From: the human T2T-CHM13v2.0 reference genome, Homo sapiens
Strand: one strand, 5' to 3'
Assembly (NCBI RefSeq): GCF_009914755.1
Contig: NC_060933.1
DNA length: 64,000 nt
Part shown: one piece after another, positions 19,705 to 45,203 of the stretch
Layout: each line of letters starts with the position of its first letter
Numbering within the stretch: the first letter of the stretch is position 1
Made by a program: the position numbers and the translations under genes
Notes under the pieces: generated by a model
Databases searched by the model: none
What the model saw: only the letters and a program-made list of their open reading frames with translations
Told to the model about the DNA's origin: nothing

Positions 19705-20165
19705 CGCAATGAACGACATCTACCAAAATTCACACCCAAGTGTTGTCCCCTCCCCGATTCAATCTGGGCTCGCCTCGTGACTTGCTTTAATAGATAGACT
19801 AATCTGGAAGGGATGCAGTGTAACTTAGGAGGTTGGGCCATTAGAGATTTGCAGCTTCTCCATGCTTCATCTGGGAACACGCATTCTGAACCCCGACATT
19901 GTGCTGTAAGGAACAAGGAAGCTCAAGGAACTACAAGGAAAGCCCCATATGGAGAAAAACTATGGCCCTAGTGAACATCCTCAAATGCACTCCCAGCCCA
20001 CAGCTCCTCACCAGCTATGTGAGGGAGAACACGATGCACCTTCTAGCCATGCTCTCCCCAGTGGAGTGGAACTGTCTAGCAAGTCACAGAATAACACAAA
20101 TAAGTTGTTGTTCTAAGCCTTTAAGTTTTGTGGTGTATGCTATACAAGAATAGATTGCTGAAACA
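19705..20165 (+). mobile_element. MLT1 (H-like) MaLR LTR
   Basis: gtgacttgcttt; ttgttgttctaagcctttaagttttg; ends tgaaaca. Confidence 0.7.
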
Positions 20166-20186
20166 ATAAGAAAAGAAATGCCCTTA

Positions 20187-20366
<180 letters not shown>

Positions 20367-20409
20367 TTATAATAGCAATAGCAATAATAACTTTAATAAT
20401 AATGACGAT

Positions 20410-20530
20410 GATGAGAAAAGCTATGTGCCAGGCACTGTTCTAAGCGCTATACATATGTTAATTTATTTAAGTTCCACCACAACCTTATAAGGTAAGTACC
20501 ATTACTGTCTTCATTTAAAAGTGGGACATA
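20410..20530 (-). mobile_element. MIR
   Basis: ctatgtgccaggcactgttctaagcgct. Confidence 0.8.
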
Positions 20531-21447
20531 GTTGTCCAAAAAGGGAACTTATACAAAAATACAATGTTTTGCTAACTTTTCAGGGAAGAAAAGCCCCCAA
20601 AACAGATTTCTTTCCATGAAACACAATGAGTTGCTTCAGGTATGGTTGGCATAAACTCTTATATAGCAATAGATTGTTCTCTTTCTTCACTAAGTGGAAC
20701 AAGAAACAAACACAAAAGTAAATGGGAAGGCCAGGTACAGTGGTTCACACCTATAATTCCAGAACTCTGGGAGGCTGAGGTGGGAGGACTGCTTGAGGCC
20801 AGGAGTCTGAGATCAGACTGGCAAACACAGCAAGACCTTGACTCTATTTTTTAAAAAAATAGAGAGGGAAATATTCTTATCATGATATAAAATGATTTCT
20901 TTTGTCTGATATGATATGTCACGTCAGAATAAACGTAAGAAATGAAAGAAAGAAAAAAAAAGCTTTGCTAAAATGGATCCTGGCCTAGTAGAGATACTTG
21001 CCAACCACAACAGCGAGTTGCACAAATCTTCTGTTGACTTGAATCCCTATCTTTCTGATACAGGAATGATTTCTAGAAAGACGGCTTAAGGTTCGTAATT
21101 CTACCTGAGATTTAGAACTATAAACAATTTTTTTTAAAAAAGCTTTTAATATGACAGGTTTAAAAGGGGGTGGGGGTGGGGGAGGGATAGGATAGAAAGG
21201 CATAAATACCATATACATTTAATTAATTTTATTAAAAAATAATAAGTTTACCCATACATTTAAATGATGAAGTCGTGAGAAATACAGGGTTACTCCCAAG
21301 ATTGGTGAATAGCAAGGTAAAGAATTATTAAAATAGTTCTTCAATCACAGAATCACAGTCCCAGTAGATTTCACTAGTTCTGGGCTTAGGTGGAAGCTAG
21401 AACACTGCCCCTTGCTGAGTATCCACTTACAGAAGTGAGCTACTTAC

Positions 21448-21489
21448 TGCGAGTTCAGACGAACTGTTCAGTTTCATGGTGCAGGATCC
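21448..21489 (-). CDS. GLDC: GLDC exon 14 (42 nt): GSCTMKLNSSSELA
   Basis: ttaaag|GGAT ... GCA|gtaagt; conserved GSCTMKLN. Confidence 0.96.
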
Positions 21490-21664
21490 CTTTAAGAAGA
21501 ACATCCAAAATGTATCACATTAGTGATTTTCTATAGTCCATCAATCAACCCTCCATTCTCCCAGCATGGCCACCCCTTTGTTGCTCTTGGAGCATATTAG
21601 GTAGGACCAAGAGACGTGGGATTGGGGTAGCTTGGAAATGAGAAAAAAGGCCACAAATAACTAC

Positions 21665-21749
21665 CAGTGGAATCATGCTGTGAACAAGGGAAATGTCTTT
21701 ATTTTCCAGTTTCTTCATGTACCGGACAATGTTTGTTTCAGAGTGGTAG
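21665..21749 (-). CDS. GLDC: GLDC exon 13 (85 nt): [28 protein letters not shown]
   Basis: tcacag|CTAC ... CTG|gtagtt. Confidence 0.97.
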
Positions 21750-22225
21750 CTGTGAACACAAAACACAGAATTAGGGGCCCCAAAAGTAGATATGAGTCCA
21801 TGCACATCCTCCTGACATATAAGACACACCGAAATCTACTTTCAAAATGCAGATCAATTTTGGCCACGGACAATATGTCAACTACACTCAGAGAGAAGGG
21901 CACAGACCCCCACAAACCTCAGAGGATGTCTTGGACAAGAAGCTGACTGTGGGTATGAGTTGAAGGTTGGGAAGAAGAGGATATAGGGCTCTTGGGAGTG
22001 AACTTCAGCCTGGCAATTATTCATCCCTGCTTCCTGACTGCCAAGGGAGCAGAGCCACCAGGAAACAAAGTGTGCTTTTCCCAAGTCAGGAACGGGATCG
22101 TTATGAGGATGAAATACTTGGGAGCCACGGCTGAGCCAGAATAACCAGGCCACAGCAGGCGAAATCAGCAGCAGCACTCTGCCTAACTCCCTAGCTGATT
22201 ACCAAAGCACAAAACGCAGAAGTCA

Positions 22226-22441
<216 letters not shown>

Positions 22442-22454
22442 TCAAATATATAAT

Positions 22455-23345
<891 letters not shown>

Positions 23346-23389
23346 CATGGCTTGATCCTCATTCCTTGCCAGGCTAATAATATGACTAA

Positions 23390-23752
23390 TACAGATTTAA
23401 TACTTGTCCCCTCCAGATCTCAGGGTGAAATGTGATCCCCAGTGTTGAAGATGGGCTTGGCGCTGTCTTCACAGTAATGAGTGAGTTCTCACTCTACTAG
23501 TTCCCATGAGAACTGATGAGAAGTGATTGTTAAAAAGAGCCTGGCACCTCCCTCCTCTCTCTCTCTTCCTTTTTCTTTTGCCATGTGATGCCTGCTCCTC
23601 TTCCCCTTCCTTCATGAGAGGAAGTTTCCTGAAACCCTCACCAGAAGCAAACGCTTCTTGCACAGCACAGCCTGCAGAAACATGAGCCAAATAAAGCTAT
23701 TTTATTTATAAATTATTTAGCCTCAGGTACTCCAATGCAAATGAACTAAAAT
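23390..23752 (+). mobile_element. MSTB-type MaLR LTR
   Basis: taatgagtgagttctcactct; aaaagagcctggcacctcc; cagcctgcagaaacatgagccaaataaa. Confidence 0.8.
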
Positions 23753-24229
23753 AATGGCCCTCTTGACCCCTTAGTGATGCTCCAGAAACATTTCTCAAAT
23801 GCATGAACCAAATATCTGTGATTAAATTTAGTGCAGAGTTCTGCAGAGAAGGAGCTAACTCAGTCCTGTTTAATTGAGGTTTAAAAGAGAACACTGTGAT
23901 GCTTCTTTGATCATTTATGAATGTTATCTGGTATAACCCTTTGAAGTCCTCTCTCAAAGAGGGCACAGATAAGCAAGACAGCACCACTCAGCACTCTGGA
24001 AGGTATTTCTACTTCCTTTCATCTATCCATTTAACAAATATTTACTTAGTGATTAATACACACCAGGCAGTGTAGGCTGTTGTGATTAACACCTTGCCAC
24101 AGGTCTAGGTAGCTACTGTCGGCTCTCTTTCACTCTCATCCCATGGAATGGTAACTTTTCTCTTGCTTTCCCCCACCACTTCATTATTTTAGAAAGCAAC
24201 TCATTACACTGAACTGCTTATAGCTTTCA

Positions 24230-24925
<696 letters not shown>

Positions 24926-25128
24926 AGAGGCACTTTCAATGAAACACCATTAACAATCTTTCCAACTAGCCTGGGTGCATAATACTGGCTGGAGCCCTAC
25001 AGCAGTGACCTCCAGCTGTCAGCAGTGACTAGCAAGGGATAGTCAGTGGAATAATTTTAACAACAAGCTACCAGTGTCACACTTGGGCCCCTTCTCCCTC
25101 ACACTCAGGGGATAAGCTACTTTTGCTA

Positions 25129-25257
<129 letters not shown>

Positions 25258-25827
25258 CTACAGAAACACAAACAAAATGGAAAACATCAACTCTAAACTC
25301 CACATCACTGGAGGAATCCCAAGAGAGGTCAAAGGGGAGACAGTGCTAAACAAAATCCCATCATTCCAAAATATCAGGGTACAATTATCTCCACGCTAAG
25401 GCTTAGAGGAAGGTGGCTAGACCAGTCCCAGGTTTCACAAGGCTTCGAGTTTTGCCAGCCACCTCTGAACTCTAACATTCCATGGCTGCAGGACACTCCT
25501 TTTGAAGCTAGACATGCTTATCTTTTTCTTCCCTTAACCCACTTATCAGATATTGAGGAGATTTTCTTCCCTTAACCTGTATATCAGTTATCAGAGCCTT
25601 TATCTTAAAGTCAGTCATACTGTGAAGAGAGGAGTATTATGAACAAAATATGTGCATTTCAGTCCCACATATGAAAACACTAAGTCTAAAAGAAAGCAAA
25701 GGGTGAATGATCCTTTACTGAAAAGACCACAGTGTTGCATAATGTAAATAACACTTGTTTATGAAAAAATAGGACTGTGCCTAAAGTTTTCCTTTTTATT
25801 TTTTAAAAACAAAGAGAAAACCTTTTA

Positions 25828-26112
<285 letters not shown>

Positions 26113-26334
26113 CTACTAGACTCTTGTTGGTCCTGGGGAGTGCTTTGGTGATTGCTTTTTAAAAAACTAAACATGTTTATTATCATGCTGTAGAAAATTA
26201 TGAAATACATATAAAAGAGTAAGGAAAATCAACATACAATTGCATTACTGCGTGTATTTTGGTGTATTATTTCTCAAGAAATGGGGGAGCAGGTAGTATC
26301 AGATATATATATATATATATATAAAATTATACCT

Positions 26335-27160
<826 letters not shown>

Positions 27161-27404
27161 TCACTACATAGCAGCATTCTTCTGATTGCCAATGTAATGG
27201 GATAAATACTAGTTTATTGCTTTATTTTGTATCTCTTTCATTAATAATGAGGCTAAAATTCTATGTCTACTGGCCATTTATTTGTATACTTATTTCTTTT
27301 AAAATTACATTTAATGTCTTTTGCCTATTTTTCTATTAGGGTGTTCATCCTTCTTATGTTTGGGGCCGGTAGGAAAGTAAGAGTTCTACATATTAAAAAT
27401 ATCA

Positions 27405-27905
<501 letters not shown>

Positions 27906-27943
27906 TAATCATGGATGTTGAAAGTATTTTTCCTCGTTTCTCA

Positions 27944-28156
<213 letters not shown>

Positions 28157-28434
28157 CTAAAAGATAAGAACATTTAAAGAATCACGTGATGGAGGACAAT
28201 TAGTGGGAGGGTGTAATTACTTGACTTGGGATGTCAAAACTGAAGACAGCGACAAAACAAAATGATCAGATTTCCTACATTCTTTGATAGTTGGGGACAA
28301 TTAATATATAACCTGCCTGACTACCTGAAAGGAACCATCATCCAAGACACCCTGGAGTTGTTACTATACTAAACCTTCACATTTGACCATTACGAAGGGC
28401 TTCTTCCATGCAACAAAATCATGTCACCCTTAAG

Positions 28435-28630
28435 GGCAAAGATCACACTACCATCAGACATTGAGAAGCAATGTTTAATGTTGGAAGACAGTGAAGCAAT
28501 AAAGACCTCAGGGAGAAAAAGTGAGATCTGAGAATTTTACACTCAACTAGGCAATTCTTCAAGAATAAAAAGAAACAAGCAATTTTCAAACATTCAAGAA
28601 CTTCAGGAATAAAATTCTCCTAAGAACTTA
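28435..28630 (+). mobile_element. Ancient L1/HAL1 ORF1 C-terminal remnant
   Basis: Degenerate match to the ORF1 end (gaagacagtgaagcaat; gagaattttacactcaac; ttcaaacattcaagaacttcaggaat). Confidence 0.5.
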
Positions 28631-28721
28631 AATAAAACACTAGAGGCTGAACTTCTGCCAACCAAGAGTTGAATGGAGAATCTGTGGCAAAGGACTGGCA
28701 AAAACGGCAATGCGCACTTCA

Positions 28722-28874
28722 GCTGGGAGCGGGGTGGTGTGCAACTGTAGTCCCAGTGACTCCAGAAGCCGAGATGGATCACTTGAACCCAGGATTTCGA
28801 GGTTACAGTGACCTATGATTGCGCCACTGGACTCCAGCCCGGTTGACAATACAAAACCCTGTCTCTGCAAAATA
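28722..28874 (+). mobile_element. FAM/FRAM Alu monomer
   Basis: ctgtagtcccag...gaggttacagtgacctatgattgcgccactg. Confidence 0.75.
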
Positions 28875-29439
28875 CAGTTGATGTTCAATACTGGGTCCAT
28901 TTTGTTAGGTACATCTTTTTTTCTGCTAGACTACTAGAGGAAGTCTCTATGGAGCCAATGCAAAATAAGAAACAGTTTCCAAAGGTGAAGTCAGCAAACA
29001 AGGAAGTAAATGAGGAGAAAGAGACATCAGAAAACATGGAAATAGGCATTCTTGTACTAAAAGTCCTAGACAAAGTGTAAACACTCTTATGGACTCCTTA
29101 CAACAATCAGAAATAAACACAGAAACTCCACAGCACTTTACAGCTGTGGAAAAGGCGAGGCTGAGGTAAAGAATCTGTGACACACTGTGCCCAAATGCTC
29201 ATGGCTGTGTTGCTGGAAACAGAAACCCAGGCCTGACATTCACAGAATGCCCTGGCAGCCTCCACCACAATATTGTAGAGGTTGGTTCATGTCCCTTTTT
29301 AATCTACAGATGATTCCTTCCATAATCAGGAGGCTATATCACACGGCTGAACAACAAATTGATGAGAAGTATAAAACCACTTTTTAAAAACTTCAAAGGG
29401 CACTAGAATATCAAAAGAAGAACCAAAAAAATTAAAATA

Positions 29440-30432
29440 GAGACCAAGAAAATGACAATTTCTTTCACAAATTGAACAAACTTAAAAATACAAAGGGCTT
29501 GAATCAGTGGCTCACGCCTGTAATCCCAAGACTTTGGGAGGCTAAGGTGGGAGGATTGCTTTAGCCCAGGAGTTAAAGACCAGCAAGAAGAACATAACAA
29601 GACCCCATCTCTAAAATAAATAAATAAAATAACAATAATACAATTAAGGTACTTAAAAGCCTCAAAAGCTAATGAATGCTCAAAATCATTAGTTATTAGG
29701 GAAATACAAAACAAAACCACAGTGAGATTATCACTTGACATCCAATAGGATGGCTATAACCAAAGGATAGGAAGTAACAAGCATTGGTGAAAATACGGAG
29801 AAATTAGAATATTCATATGCTGCTGGTAGGAAAGTAAAATAATGCAGCCACTTTGAAAAATGTCTGGAAGTTCCTCAAAATGTTAAATGTAGAGTTATAT
29901 GACCCAGCAATTTCACTGCTAGGAATACAACCAAAAGAACTGAAAACATTACATCCATACAAAAATTTACACAGAAGTGTTCACAGCAGGCTTATTTGAA
30001 ACACCCCAAATGTTTACCAATTGATGAATGGATAAACAAAATGTAGCATGTCCAAATAATGGGATATTACCCAGCCATAGAAAAGAATTAAGTACACATT
30101 CATGCTACAATATGGATGAACCTTGAAAACCTTATGCAAAGAAGCCAGGTACAAAAGGCCACACATTGTATGATCCCATTTATATGAAATATTCAGAACA
30201 GGCAAATCCAGGGAGACAGAAAGTAGAATAGTAGTTGCCAGGGGCTATAGGAAGGGGAGAGGGATGAGGAGTGACTACTTCATAGGAATAGAATTTCTTT
30301 TTGGGGTAATAAAAATATTCTGAAATTAAATACTGGTGATAGTTGCACAACCTTGTAAATAGAGTAAAAACCATTGAGCTGTATACTTGCAATTGGTGAA
30401 ACTTACGGTGAGTTACATCTCAATAAAAAAAG
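29440..30432 (+). mobile_element. L1MB 3' end with nested FLAM (29497-29640)
   Basis: ORF2 end and 3' UTR ending acatctcaataaaaaaagct. Confidence 0.85.
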
Positions 30433-30486
30433 CTAATAAAGTGTAAATTATTCTTTACTACACCTGACTTTAGAAAAGCCAACAAG

Positions 30487-31365
<879 letters not shown>

Positions 31366-31919
31366 TTTTTTCAGTTTTGTTTTAGAATGGGGCCTGCTGA
31401 GCCAGAATAGGCTCAGAGAGACTCCCTATAGAAAAATTTATTTAAAAAAGAATCATTAACACACTTTCAGAGATTAAAAAAGAGTCATGCCCCATCCACG
31501 ATGCGAAACTAAGAGTGGACTCCCCCACCCACCCCAGTGACAAGAGAGAAGAGCAAGAGTGAGAAGAATGTGGAACAGCTGCTACAACAGAAGGCGGGGG
31601 TCAAAGACCTACAGCACAAAAGGAACAACTCAAAAGACACCAGTCATCTCCTAACAAAACAGGGAGACTTGCATGCTCACAAAGAGTGAAACTGGAGTTA
31701 TGAGTAATTCTTGTACGCAATCAACTATGAAAAGGCACATATGCAGTGAAATAGACAGTGAAGAGTTAGAAGATCATCAGAATAAGAGGATGAAAATCAG
31801 ACAAGCTGGAGTATGGCCATCTCCAGGGCAAACATTTTAACAATTGCTGGAAAAGATACAGACCTTTCAACCCAAGTTAAATAATAAATTATCAGCTATA
31901 CATGAACTGGAAGAAATTA

Positions 31920-34279
<2,360 letters not shown>

Positions 34280-34654
34280 TCAAGCACAGTCATCACAAAT
34301 GCCCTTGCTTTGCCTTCCTCAACCCATTCCTGGAGAGGCTCCTTCTCAGTCCTAAGAGAGGGTGTCTCAACTGCCACCCATAACAAACCTGGCCCAACGC
34401 CAAGAATACTAGAGACCCTGATATCCATCTTTCTATTTACATATATTTTAAGTCTGTATATAAAAGTGAAGACTGGCCTTTTTTGTCCTTTCTTACGCTT
34501 TGCCTGTTCAGGATCTGAAGATGTGATTATGGGTAAAATGAAACAAATAATGCTTTTTATTTTTTTTAGTATTAAAACATGTATGGTGAAGAGAAAGCAT
34601 AGGCAAATGGTGTACATATAAAGAACACCAGTAAAACACAGTGTCTTTTTCTTT

Positions 34655-34968
34655 AACTTTTTTTGTGGGGGCAGGAGTTGGGGACAGAGTCTCCCTCTGT
34701 CACTCAGGCTGGAGTGCAGTGGCATAATCATGGCTCACTGCAGCCTCAACCTCCCAGATTCTGGTGATCCTCCCACCTGAGCCTCCCTAGCACCTGGGAC
34801 TACAGGAGCATACCACCACTGACGGCTAATTTATTTTATTTTATTTTTCATAGAGATGGTGTTTCGCCATGTCGCCCAGGCAGGTTTCCAACTCCTGGGC
34901 TCCAGCAATCTGCCTGCCTTGGCCTCACAAGGTGCTGGGATTACAGGCATGAGCCACCGTACCCAGCC
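34655..34968 (-). mobile_element. AluJ
   Basis: Antisense Alu about 180 bp from exon 8. Confidence 0.88.
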
Positions 34969-35008
34969 AATACTGTATTTTGGTTCTCATAAGACAATGA
35001 GCCTTCTA

Positions 35009-35341
<333 letters not shown>

Positions 35342-35414
35342 TCAGCAAATGCACTTGGGTGCAAATTTATAAAGAAACAATTTCTAAACGTTCCTCATCT
35401 AAACATGATTACTG

Positions 35415-35697
<283 letters not shown>

Positions 35698-35879
35698 TGA
35701 TTTTTAGACTGTACTCTGAGACACCAAGATATATACAATAAGTCTAGGAATTTTGAAAGAAAATTTTGCAGGAATTTCCCAGACAAATACAATAATGGTG
35801 ACTGGGAGGATTAAGTTTCACTCTGAACTTCTTAGGAGACACAGGAAAAGTGGAAATATACGACAAAATTGAAAAGACT

Positions 35880-36600
<721 letters not shown>

Positions 36601-36754
36601 TTAAAAAAACACACTTCACATTATCATCACATCATTGACTAATTCAGCTTACTCACTTATGTTAAAGTCCAGCTTTTATCAAAGGTCAAAAACATAATTT
36701 TTTTTTCTAAATTTCCCCAGTAATAATCCTGGAATGCATCTAGGTCCCCCGCTC

Positions 36755-37066
<312 letters not shown>

Positions 37067-37625
37067 CTTTTTTTCTTTTCTTTTCTTTTTTTTTTAAGGA
37101 ACAAAGACTACTTCTGAACATCTACGTTTTTAATCTGAGAAGTTTCACCAATGAGAAGCAGTCAGGAAAGTACATTTGGAAATTTGGAAATTACTCAAAT
37201 GGCCACGTGGCGGAAGCCTCTAGGAAGGAACGCGGAGCAAACTCAGTGTGTACTTTGCAGTCTCAGTGCATTTGTCTTTACAGAGCCACGTGGCATAATG
37301 CTTTTGAGAACGAAAACTGTCGAGACACAAAACATGCCTAAAATATTTAGTCTTTCAAGGCGTCCATCAATCTAAGCAAATGCGTTACATGACTTCGATA
37401 CATTGTAAATTATACACAAAATTTTTCAAAAATTTACAAATTTATAGTATTTGAGAAGTACTAGCTCATATCCCAAACAGAATTGTTCTTCTGAATCTAT
37501 GTTGTACATTTCCTTAACTGACTCAACATGGCCCAGTTGAATTCAGATAGAAATCAACATTTGTGATCAGAAGAAATCAGGGAAATCATAATCACAATAA
37601 AAGTAGAGAAACATGAGCCCCTTTA

Positions 37626-37823
<198 letters not shown>

Positions 37824-38079
37824 CTAGAAAGGAAGTGAGAGAAAAGGAACAAGGTTGCTACCTTTCCCTGAGAGTAGTGGGAGAGTAGGAAATTATCTTA
37901 ACTACAGGAAGACGGGCAGAGTGTGTTCACATCCTGTGAACTCCATTGCTCATTCATTCATTCAGTAAATACATACTGAGTGCCCACCATGTGCCAGGAA
38001 TCCGGGAACAGAAAAAAGTAGCAGCAAGGAGTCAGGAAGGAGAGTTTTACCATTCCATGTGATAATGGTAAAGAAATTA

Positions 38080-38373
<294 letters not shown>

Positions 38374-39064
38374 TTAACGTTTCTTTTCCAGTAAGACAGC
38401 ATTCATTTTCTGTGCCCTCCCACAGTGGCCTCCCACCCCTGCCCACATCCCGTCCCACAGGCACTTCAGTGGTAACTACATCACAGCAACTCAAGCGCAT
38501 CCAACAGCTCTGCTTCTGTTCCTCTCTTCTATCCTCTGACTCCCCTTTGCCCTTTCCTGTCACAATCTACTCCTCAGAGAGGCCCAAGAGCATTGCTTCC
38601 TAGGGCTAATGAGCCAATATTTGTTAACAACAGAGCCATCACCTCTTTCACTGGCATCACTCTTAAGCGAATGGAAAACCATAAGTAAGACAAGGAGGAA
38701 GAACTTCCTTAGATTCCTGAACTAATAATGCCAATTATATGTCAGAAACCCCCCCTCTGAAGGGATGGTGGTATGGGTAGGGGGAAGAATGCTCAACTTT
38801 TACAAAGGGAAAGCAAATATCTACCAATAGTGGTTGTTGCGAGGATTGTTTTACCTGATTACAGCACGAAAGAAAAGTACTACACTTTAAACTACATAGC
38901 ATCTCACCTAGGGACTCTGCACACCCTCTGTAAACTACGTTTGCAAGGAATACACACAAAATCTTAACAGTTGTATGTGAGTCCCATTTTTCTCTGTTTT
39001 TCAAACGTTCCAAAACCTGATCAAAACAATATTTTTATTCTTTCTACAAAAAGAAAACAAAACG

Positions 39065-39380
39065 GGCCGGGCGCAGTGGCTCAAGCCTGTAATCCCAGGA
39101 CTTTGGGAGGCGGAGGTGGGCGGGTCACGAGGTCAGGAGATCAAGACCATCCTGGCTAACACGGTGAAACTCCGTCTCTACTAAAAATAGAAAAAAAATT
39201 AGCCAGGCGTGGTGGCGGGCACCTGTAGTCCCAGCAACTCGGGAGGCTGAGGCAAGACAATGGCGTGAACTTGGGAGGCGGAGCTTGCAGTGAGCCTAGG
39301 TTCCCTCAACTGCACTCCAGCCTGGACGACAGAGCGAGACTCCGTCTCAAAAAAAAAAAAAAAAAGAAGAAGAAAACAAA
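39065..39380 (+). mobile_element. AluY
   Basis: AluY diagnostics; TSD aagaaaacaaaac. Confidence 0.92.
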
Positions 39381-39624
39381 ACACAACTTACTATAAAGCA
39401 ATGGCAATTGTGTATTTCCCCACTCAATTCTGACACAGTTTACTTACCAGAGAGATGCCCAGAAGAAAGTGAGAGGTAAGGCAAAACTCAGCAACCCCAA
39501 TTTAAACAGCAAAAAACCCTGTTTCAGATTCACCTCCAATCAGTTTGGAAGTGAGAAAGAGAAAGAAACAGCAGAGACGAACATGACATTATACTGAGTT
39601 TAAAACACGAATCAAATTAATTAC

Positions 39625-39702
39625 TTGGCTCGAGTCTGGACAACAGCTATTGTCTGTGGGTGGCAACGGGGATCAACGAGAAATTTCCTCCTCTTGTTGT
39701 GT
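39625..39702 (-). CDS. GLDC: GLDC exon 5 (78 nt): [25 protein letters not shown](K)
   Basis: aacag|ACAC ... GCCAA|gtaatt; conserved HPQT motif. Confidence 0.97.
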
Positions 39703-39823
39703 CTGTTGAAAAGAAAAAGCACATTCCAACGTGAACATTAAATAAATAGGACTATCTTCTAAGAACGCAAAGCAAACACAGTACCGAGGGTAAGTCTAAG
39801 CACAGTATAAAAAATACTGAGTA

Positions 39824-41840
<2,017 letters not shown>

Positions 41841-43170
41841 TTAAAAAAAGAGGGAAGATGAAAATTAGCAAAAAGCTGAGAATAATAACCAGAGAGGTGG
41901 GTGGATGGCACTCTTTTGTGGCTGTGTGTCCCTGACAGAAGGGAGAACCTGAACCCACCCCCAACGGCTGCTCAGGAATCAGAAAGGCCTATGGCTGGAA
42001 TGCACCAGAGGCCTCTAAACTTGCTGACCAAGTATGGAGCTCACTCCCCACCCCAACTCTGCATAAGCCAAAAAAGAGGCTTACATGGGCATTCAGGGCT
42101 AGGAGCACAAAACCTAAGACACGGCCAGCATGTGTGCGTCTTTCCCAACCAGATGGCCATCTACATGAGAATTCCACCAGGAAGGTACACTCCTAAGTAC
42201 TGGCAAGGCAAATAAGGGAAGCAGAAGAAATGGAGAACCATCCTGATTCAGTAAGTCCACTTCCAGAAATGGCTCTTCAGGAAATAATCAGAAGTTTTGA
42301 CAAAGATTTATTATAAGGATGCACATGAAGTACTATTAATAACAGTAAGAGACGGAAATAAACTATATGTGTAATAGACGAGAGATTAAATAAATTATGG
42401 CACTTCCATGTAAGTGCCATGGAGATAATAGAAGTCCTACTCTATGGGCCTGAGAATCCACCCTTGACCACAGTGCCAGGACCTTTGTCACTACCCTCTT
42501 ACAACCCCACCAAACAGAGACCCTCATGCCTTTACACTCAGCTATGCTGCCAAGGTTTGGAACAACGGAGAGGCTCCCGGGCACTCAGTCATGTGTGTGT
42601 GTTATGGGGGAGATCCTCACGTCTGACCCACACCTGCCCTTGAAACACCCTCACCCCCACCCCCAGCCACATCTATCCAAAGTCCACTCCTAATTGAGCT
42701 TCCCCCTCCCCTGCTCCCGCCCTCTGCCCTCCCAAAGCTAGGTGCCGAGTCAGCTGTTTAAGGTCACATTTCCACCCTAGCCTCACTGCCCTGCCTTGAG
42801 AGACCTCACCCTGTCCCCTGAACAACCCTGCTGGCCCACCCTCGCAGCCCCCAGGCCTGCGCTTGGCTGCTTCCCCAAGCCAGCACTTCCCAGTGGGGGA
42901 CCTGGCACCGGCTCCCTGTCCTTCCTCCCAAAAATAGTCCCCTCACCAAATATGCAGATGTCTTTACCCCTCGCCTGCCAACCTCAGCCCTCCCGTCTGA
43001 TCTTCCCCAACCCCAACCAAAATCCGGGTGGAGACACCAAGAAGGACCCTGAGAGGAAATATCCAACCTCTAGGTTTTTGAACCTGTTGAGTTTTTCAGT
43101 TTCTCTGAAAAGTCATACTCTAGAAAGCTGACTAAAGTAATATTCACAATATACTATAGAAAGAAAACAA

Positions 43171-43218
43171 GGCCAGGCGAGGTGGCCCACAACTGGAATT
43201 CCAGCACTTTGAGAGGCC
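43171..43218 (+). mobile_element. Alu 5' stub (48 nt)
   Basis: ggccaggcgaggtggcccacaactggaattccagcactttgagaggcc. Confidence 0.75.
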
Positions 43219-43223
43219 TCTCA

Positions 43224-43430
<207 letters not shown>

Positions 43431-43624
43431 TTAGAGAAGCACACAAAATGCTATCATTTCAGAATTCAGTACCTGAAAATAATTTGCCTATCTTGAGGAG
43501 AATTACATAACACACCAGTAAGCTTCTTTTTGGCCTTTGTAAAGCTTAGAATTAAATCATAGTAACAATATTACCCTTTGTTTGGGGATAAGCAGTACTT
43601 ATTTTTCTATCTCTCTGGTGGTGT

Positions 43625-44603
<979 letters not shown>

Positions 44604-45203
44604 TTAGTACATCATGAACATCTCCCACATCAGCAAATATGTTTTACAGCATCATTTTCAATGAATGCATAGTATTATATTCACACTGTCTAATTATCAT
44701 TTCCTTTTTAGCAGACACTGCTTGTTTTTTCTGTTGTTTTCTGTGCTGTGATGAATTCTTTGGAACATTATTCTCTGTCTTCCTGTCGTATATCTTGTGC
44801 CTGTCTTTATGGATATACTAAGTCTTTCCTATTTATCAGATGGACTAGATTGTATGTGTGTATTCCTGCATGTGTATGTGTTTCTACATGACAAATAATG
44901 ATTCCAAGTAAAATGAAAGTTTTTTATTACCCAAGCAATCTAAGCACTTGGCTGGAGTAGTGCCACATCTGTCTTCACGGTGTCAAGCCATGTGTGTAGA
45001 TCTTGTCTGATTCAAGATCACAACTGCCTGCCTGTTGTCTATGCCTTTTGTATGACCCCATTTCTGTTCAGATTTCCCTTTCTATTTGCCTACACCATGT
45101 ATTGTGTGCCTCATTCATTCCAGTTCACCACCCACTTAGAATCTGGCAAACTAATTTACAGTTGCTAAGCCAGTCTCTTCAAGCAAAAATCCATTCTGTT
45201 GTA

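Noticed and set aside
25524-25596. 38-bp-period duplication ttttcttcccttaacc in intron 10
   Set aside because: Real but small and diverged; ordinary slippage duplication.
28722-28874. Possible 7SL RNA pseudogene
   Set aside because: No 7SL S-domain visible; fits a FAM/FRAM Alu monomer.
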